Below are positions 9,431-13,062 of a DNA stretch of 13,062 nt, piece after piece. The notes under the pieces were generated by a model. The model was not told where the DNA came from. It did not search any database and was given only the letters and a program-made list of their open reading frames with translations. Numbering within the stretch: the first letter of the stretch is position 1; the number at the start of each line of letters is the position of its first letter. Both the position numbers and the translations under genes were made by a program. The stretch comes from Candidatus Krumholzibacteriia bacterium. Lineage in GTDB: Bacteria > Krumholzibacteriota > Krumholzibacteriia > LZORAL124-64-63. The DNA lies in NCBI GenBank assembly GCA_036351155.1, contig JAZBOO010000276.1, positions 1 to 13,062 on the forward strand, given 5' to 3'.

Positions 9431-10453
9431 ATGAGAAACTCACAGGGATTCACCTTGCTGGAAATCGTCATCGCGGTGGCCATCGTGGCCTTGCTGGCCG
9501 GAGCCACCGCGCCCCTGGTTTTCAAGGAGCTTCAGCAGGCCCGCGAGGAGGCCACCCTGAAGGAACTGGCGGCCATCAAGACCGGCCTGGAAGATTTCTT
9601 TGTCGACACCGGACGGTTCCCCAGCGAGACCGAAGGTCTGACCGCCCTGGTGGTCGACCCTGGCGCCGGCGGCTGGGCCGGCCCCTATGTGGGCGGCGGC
9701 AGCCGCGACCCCGCGACCGAGGTCCTGGGCGACGCCTTCGGCAACAGCTACCTCTACGATCTGGCACCCATCACCAATCCTGCCGGCGCGGCGGATTTGC
9801 TGGTGGCCAGCGGCGGATCTGACCAGAGCATTTCCTTCGGCGCGGTGGGCGGCACCTGGACCATCGCCGGCAACGGGGACGACTTGCTGCTCCTGGTCTC
9901 GTCGGGATCCCTGAACCGCGACAAGAACCTGACCACCCGCGAACGTCTGGACACCATCGCCGAGGCCGCGCGCGCTTTCTTTGCCGACAACGCCGCCTGG
10001 CCGGCCACCCTGAGCGATTTGACCGTGGATTACATGGACGCGGGGCTTGACGGTGAATCCCTCATCGACGCCTGGAACTCCTCCCTGACCCTCGCCAGTG
10101 ACGGGGGGACACCGCCGGTGTTGAGCATCATCAGCCTGGGACCGAACCGCACCGACAACAGCGGCGGCGGGGATGATCTGGTGCTGCAGGTCAGCAGTAT
10201 TCCTCCGGCTCGGCAAACCACTCTGAGCCGCCTGGAGATCGCCCAGACCGCCCTGAATTCCTCGCCTGCCACCCTGCTCACCGGAGTGTGGGCCAATGAC
10301 CTGGCGGCTCTGGGATTGAGTTCCGCCCTGGCCAATGATGGCTGGGGGCACCCCCTGCAGATCAATGCCGCCTCGCGCGTGGTGTTCTCCAGCGGCCCCG
10401 ACAACAATGCGGCCTCGATCAACGACAATTTGCCCAAGGGGGTCGGACCTTGA
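9431..10453 (+). CDS. GspG-like (pseudo)pilin with class III signal peptide, unusually long, with three tandem GspG-like head domains
   Basis: MRNSQG|FTLLEIVIAVAIVALLAGATAP has G-1, F1, E5 and P22. The GspG signature GRFPSETEGLTALV..P...WAGPY is present. A DxW/F(G)...SxGxD/N...DD/NL unit occurs three times, and there are no cysteines. GTG 9428 is an alternative start. Confidence 0.88.
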   Translation: MRNSQGFTLLEIVIAVAIVALLAGATAPLVFKELQQAREEATLKELAAIKTGLEDFFVDTGRFPSETEGLTALVVDPGAGGWAGPYVGGGSRDPATEVLGDAFGNSYLYDLAPITNPAGAADLLVASGGSDQSISFGAVGGTWTIAGNGDDLLLLVSSGSLNRDKNLTTRERLDTIAEAARAFFADNAAWPATLSDLTVDYMDAGLDGESLIDAWNSSLTLASDGGTPPVLSIISLGPNRTDNSGGGDDLVLQVSSIPPARQTTLSRLEIAQTALNSSPATLLTGVWANDLAALGLSSALANDGWGHPLQINAASRVVFSSGPDNNAASINDNLPKGVGP

Positions 10454-10481
10454 CCCTTCATCAGCCCAAGAAAGGCCGATC

Positions 10482-11969
10482 ATGAAGAAAGGCACCGGAT
10501 TCAGTATTCGGGTCGACCAGAGTGAACAGACCCACGCCGTGGTGCGCAAAACCGGCCCGCAGAACTGGGATATCGTGGACCTGGGCACCGCACGGGAGGG
10601 CACGCCCCTGCCCCGGGCTTTTGTCCAGGGCGTCAGTCAGAACCCGCAGGCCTCGACCTGGTTGATTCCCAATGATCTGGCGCAGGTGGGGGTTTTGCCT
10701 TTGCCCCAGCTCAAGGGCAAGGAACTGACCCGGGCCGTTCTCGGCTGGGTGGCCCGTGAGGAGAAAGCGGCCGTGGGCAGCTTCGCCGTCTCGTGGCATA
10801 CCCTGCCCCGCTCGGAGATGGCCAAGAAATACGACCGGCAGCAGGTTTTTGCTCTGTATGCCGAGCACAAGGAAATCGATGGCCAGCTGGCCGGTGCCAG
10901 CGCCCAGGCCACGCACCCGGGACGGATGTTGCCGCCCTTCATGATCCTGGATCAGTTCTTCCGGCACACGCATCCCGAGGGTTTTCCCGACGGGACCTGG
11001 AACCTGGTTTATCTGGGACGGCACGAGAATTTTCTGGTGGTCGGTCGCCAGGATTGCCCTCTGCTGACCCGGGCCCTGCCCTTCGACCTTTCCGAGGGAC
11101 ACGAGAGTGACCAGTACCTGGATCAGCTGGTGACCGAAATCGACCGCTCAAGATTCTATGTCCGACAAACCGAGAACAGTCCCGAGGTGGCCAAGATCAT
11201 CGTGGCCGGTGATCCCCAGCTGACCGGTCGTCTGGTCGCCAACCTCAAGGACAGAAGCGAGACTCCTGCCGAGATCTGGGACCTGGGTTCCTACTTCTCC
11301 TGGGGAGAGCGGGAAGTTTCCTCGGAATCGTTCATTCCCTTGATGGCCGCGGCCCTCTCCCTGGAGCCCACGCCCTACAACCTGTTGCCGGAGCCCAAGC
11401 GCTCCCTGCTGGGGCCGCGGGCGCGGCACCGGTTGCTGGTGGCCACGGGATCGGCGGCGGTGGCCTTGCTGCCGGTTATTCTGGTGGGCAGTACGTTGAC
11501 CGCCAAGGTCCAGGAAGGATATCTGCGCAAGGCGCGGGAGCGTCTGGATGTCGCCCGCCTGGACGCTCAGGACGCCGCCGAAGCATACAAGAAGCAACGG
11601 CTCCAGCTCACGCGGCAGGACTATCTCACCTCCTTTGCCGCCTCTCGGCCGGATCTGGAAGCGGTGCTCCTCGAGATCGGAGCCATGGCCCCCCCCGAGG
11701 TGCGTTTCCGTGATCTGCAGATCACCGAGGACGATCTGGGCAAGACCCGCCTCCTCCTGATGGGAGAAAGCGGAGCCCCCACCTCGGGCAAAGCCCAGTC
11801 GGCTTTCATCGCCTTCCAGAAAGCCCTGGACCAGGCTCCGTTCCTGGAAACCTACATGGAACCTGTCCGGCTGGAAATCGACAACGATGCCCACGGAACA
11901 TCCGATCGCCCTCACACCATTTTCCAGCTCAAGTACATCCTGGTCACCGACCAGAACCGGGAGAGTTGA
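10482..11969 (+). CDS. PilM-PilN fusion (GspL-like architecture): degenerate actin-like cytoplasmic domain, TM helix, coiled coil and PilN periplasmic domain
   Basis: GAAAGG RBS before ATG 10482. PilM-like segments LVYLG...LTRALPF and LVTEIDRSRFY...VAKIIVAG. An internal YNLLP (11376-11390) matches the PilN INLLP motif. It is followed by TM LLVATGSAAVALLPVILV and PilN-like LLEIGAMAPPEVRFRDL...LMGES...FQKALDQAPFL. 495 aa. Confidence 0.78.
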   Translation: MKKGTGFSIRVDQSEQTHAVVRKTGPQNWDIVDLGTAREGTPLPRAFVQGVSQNPQASTWLIPNDLAQVGVLPLPQLKGKELTRAVLGWVAREEKAAVGSFAVSWHTLPRSEMAKKYDRQQVFALYAEHKEIDGQLAGASAQATHPGRMLPPFMILDQFFRHTHPEGFPDGTWNLVYLGRHENFLVVGRQDCPLLTRALPFDLSEGHESDQYLDQLVTEIDRSRFYVRQTENSPEVAKIIVAGDPQLTGRLVANLKDRSETPAEIWDLGSYFSWGEREVSSESFIPLMAAALSLEPTPYNLLPEPKRSLLGPRARHRLLVATGSAAVALLPVILVGSTLTAKVQEGYLRKARERLDVARLDAQDAAEAYKKQRLQLTRQDYLTSFAASRPDLEAVLLEIGAMAPPEVRFRDLQITEDDLGKTRLLLMGESGAPTSGKAQSAFIAFQKALDQAPFLETYMEPVRLEIDNDAHGTSDRPHTIFQLKYILVTDQNRES

Positions 11970-11975
11970 TCCATC

Positions 11976-12599
11976 ATGAAGGCCCTGAAAATTCCTTTCC
12001 AGAAGAAGCACCGGCCCTATGCCTGGGGGGCTCTGGCCGTGTTCTGGATCGCCGCCCTGGCTCTGGTGGCCTTCCCCAGTTTTCGCCAGGCTGTGGCCTA
12101 CCACAAAGAGGTTCAGGACCTGGAAAAAGGCCTGGCCGACCTGGACAGCTGGACCGTGGCCGGCAAGTGGCTGGAGCGCAGCTTGGCCGAGGATACACGC
12201 CACATCGAGCAGACCTGGCAACAGACCTTCCCCATGGGTCGGGCGCGGGAAGATCTTTTCCTGAACCTGGCCCAGGTGGCCGACAGGAGCGGCGTGCGTG
12301 AATTCCGGCTGGAGGAAATCCAGACCGAAGGAACCGCAGCCTTCCTTGTCAGTCCACCTCAGTCCTCATTCTTCGGGGGATCGGTCTACGGCGTTCCGGT
12401 GGAAGTGCCTCAGGTGACCCTGGGCAACTATCGGGTCAAGGCCAGCTTCCTGGGCAACTACGAGCAAGCCGCGAATTTCCTGGGGGGACTGCAGTCCATT
12501 CCCCGGGCGGTCAGTGTTCATCACCTGGTGGCCCGGCCCGGCAGCGGCGGCATCACCATCGACCTGGAGCTTGATATCTATGTCAGCCAGCAGTCCTAG
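11976..12599 (+). CDS. pilO: PilO/GspM family alignment-complex protein
   Basis: N-terminal TM (WGALAVFWIAALALVAFP), a coiled coil, LFLNLAQVADRSGV, and the PilO-type motif FLGNYEQAANFLGGLQSIPRAVSV. It lies directly after the PilN-like domain. Confidence 0.8.
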   Translation: MKALKIPFQKKHRPYAWGALAVFWIAALALVAFPSFRQAVAYHKEVQDLEKGLADLDSWTVAGKWLERSLAEDTRHIEQTWQQTFPMGRAREDLFLNLAQVADRSGVREFRLEEIQTEGTAAFLVSPPQSSFFGGSVYGVPVEVPQVTLGNYRVKASFLGNYEQAANFLGGLQSIPRAVSVHHLVARPGSGGITIDLELDIYVSQQS

Positions 12600-13062
12600 C
12601 CTCAAGCACCCGGCGGTGATCGGGGTGCTCATCATCGGAGCGGTGGCCGTGGCCTTCCTGAACATCAAGACCTTCGGTCCCGTCCAGAAACCCAGCCATC
12701 GGCTGCAGGCCGCCGCCATGGATCAGCCGGCTCTGCCTCCGGATCTGGCCCGACTGGTCACACAGGCCATGAAAGGTTCCGGCAGTGAGGCGCAGGATGT
12801 GTCCTCTGTTCAGGACCGCCACCTTCCCCGGCTGAAGCGCGATCCCTTCGAAGCGAGCGGAAGGGTGCGCGCTCGCGTCATCACCACGGCTCCGGTGGCC
12901 AAGGCCCAGTCTTCAGCCACCAAGCTGACCTGCTCGGCCGTGATGACCGGAGGGAAGCGGCCCAGCGCCATGATCAACGGCAAATTCTATTCTCCCGGCG
13001 ACAAGATCGGGAACTACACCCTGGCCTGGATCGCCTCCAACGGGGTCACGATTCAGACAGGC
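12580..13062 (+). CDS. PilP / GspC-HR / MshK-like protein, 3'-truncated by the window edge (not in the ORF track)
   Basis: GGAG RBS at 12566-12569 and ATG 12580 overlapping the end of pilO. The frame is open for 161 codons to the edge: MSASSPSLKHPAVIGVLIIGAVAVAFLNIK...KRDPFE...LTCSAVMTGGKRPSAMINGKFYSPGDKIGNYTLAWIASNGVTIQTG. The RDPF motif and AxING...GDxI beta-sandwich pattern fit these families. Confidence 0.8.
   Translation, partial: MSASSPSLKHPAVIGVLIIGAVAVAFLNIKTFGPVQKPSHRLQAAAMDQPALPPDLARLVTQAMKGSGSEAQDVSSVQDRHLPRLKRDPFEASGRVRARVITTAPVAKAQSSATKLTCSAVMTGGKRPSAMINGKFYSPGDKIGNYTLAWIASNGVTIQTG

Noticed and set aside
10335..10481. 544-aa version of the PilMN fusion
   Set aside because: It overlaps the pilin 3' end out of frame. 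ATG 10482 with GAAAGG is the better start.

Overview
High-GC bacterial DNA with all credible genes on the + strand, in two blocks. Block 1 (1-6215) is a tightly packed six-gene run: a 5'-incomplete S9 peptidase, a membrane-anchored SRPBCC protein, a two-subunit IorA/IorB-like molybdo-hydroxylase with a Tat signal, a lipoprotein alpha/beta hydrolase and a YdfG-like SDR. An intrinsic terminator follows at about 6283-6318. Block 2 (6550 to the window end) is a type IV filament operon (T2SS/T4P-like). It encodes a GspE/PilB ATPase with an MshEN c-di-GMP-binding motif, a GspF/PilC platform protein, a 340-aa GspG-like pseudopilin that appears to carry three tandem head domains, a PilM-PilN fusion, PilO/GspM and a 3'-truncated TM-anchored PilP/GspC-like gene missing from the ORF track. 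This hybrid filament system with the triple-headed pilin is the best candidate for novelty. Bases 1-77 exactly duplicate 820-896, which points to an assembly or chimera artefact or an in-frame tandem duplication. All family calls come from motif recognition by eye; no searches were run.
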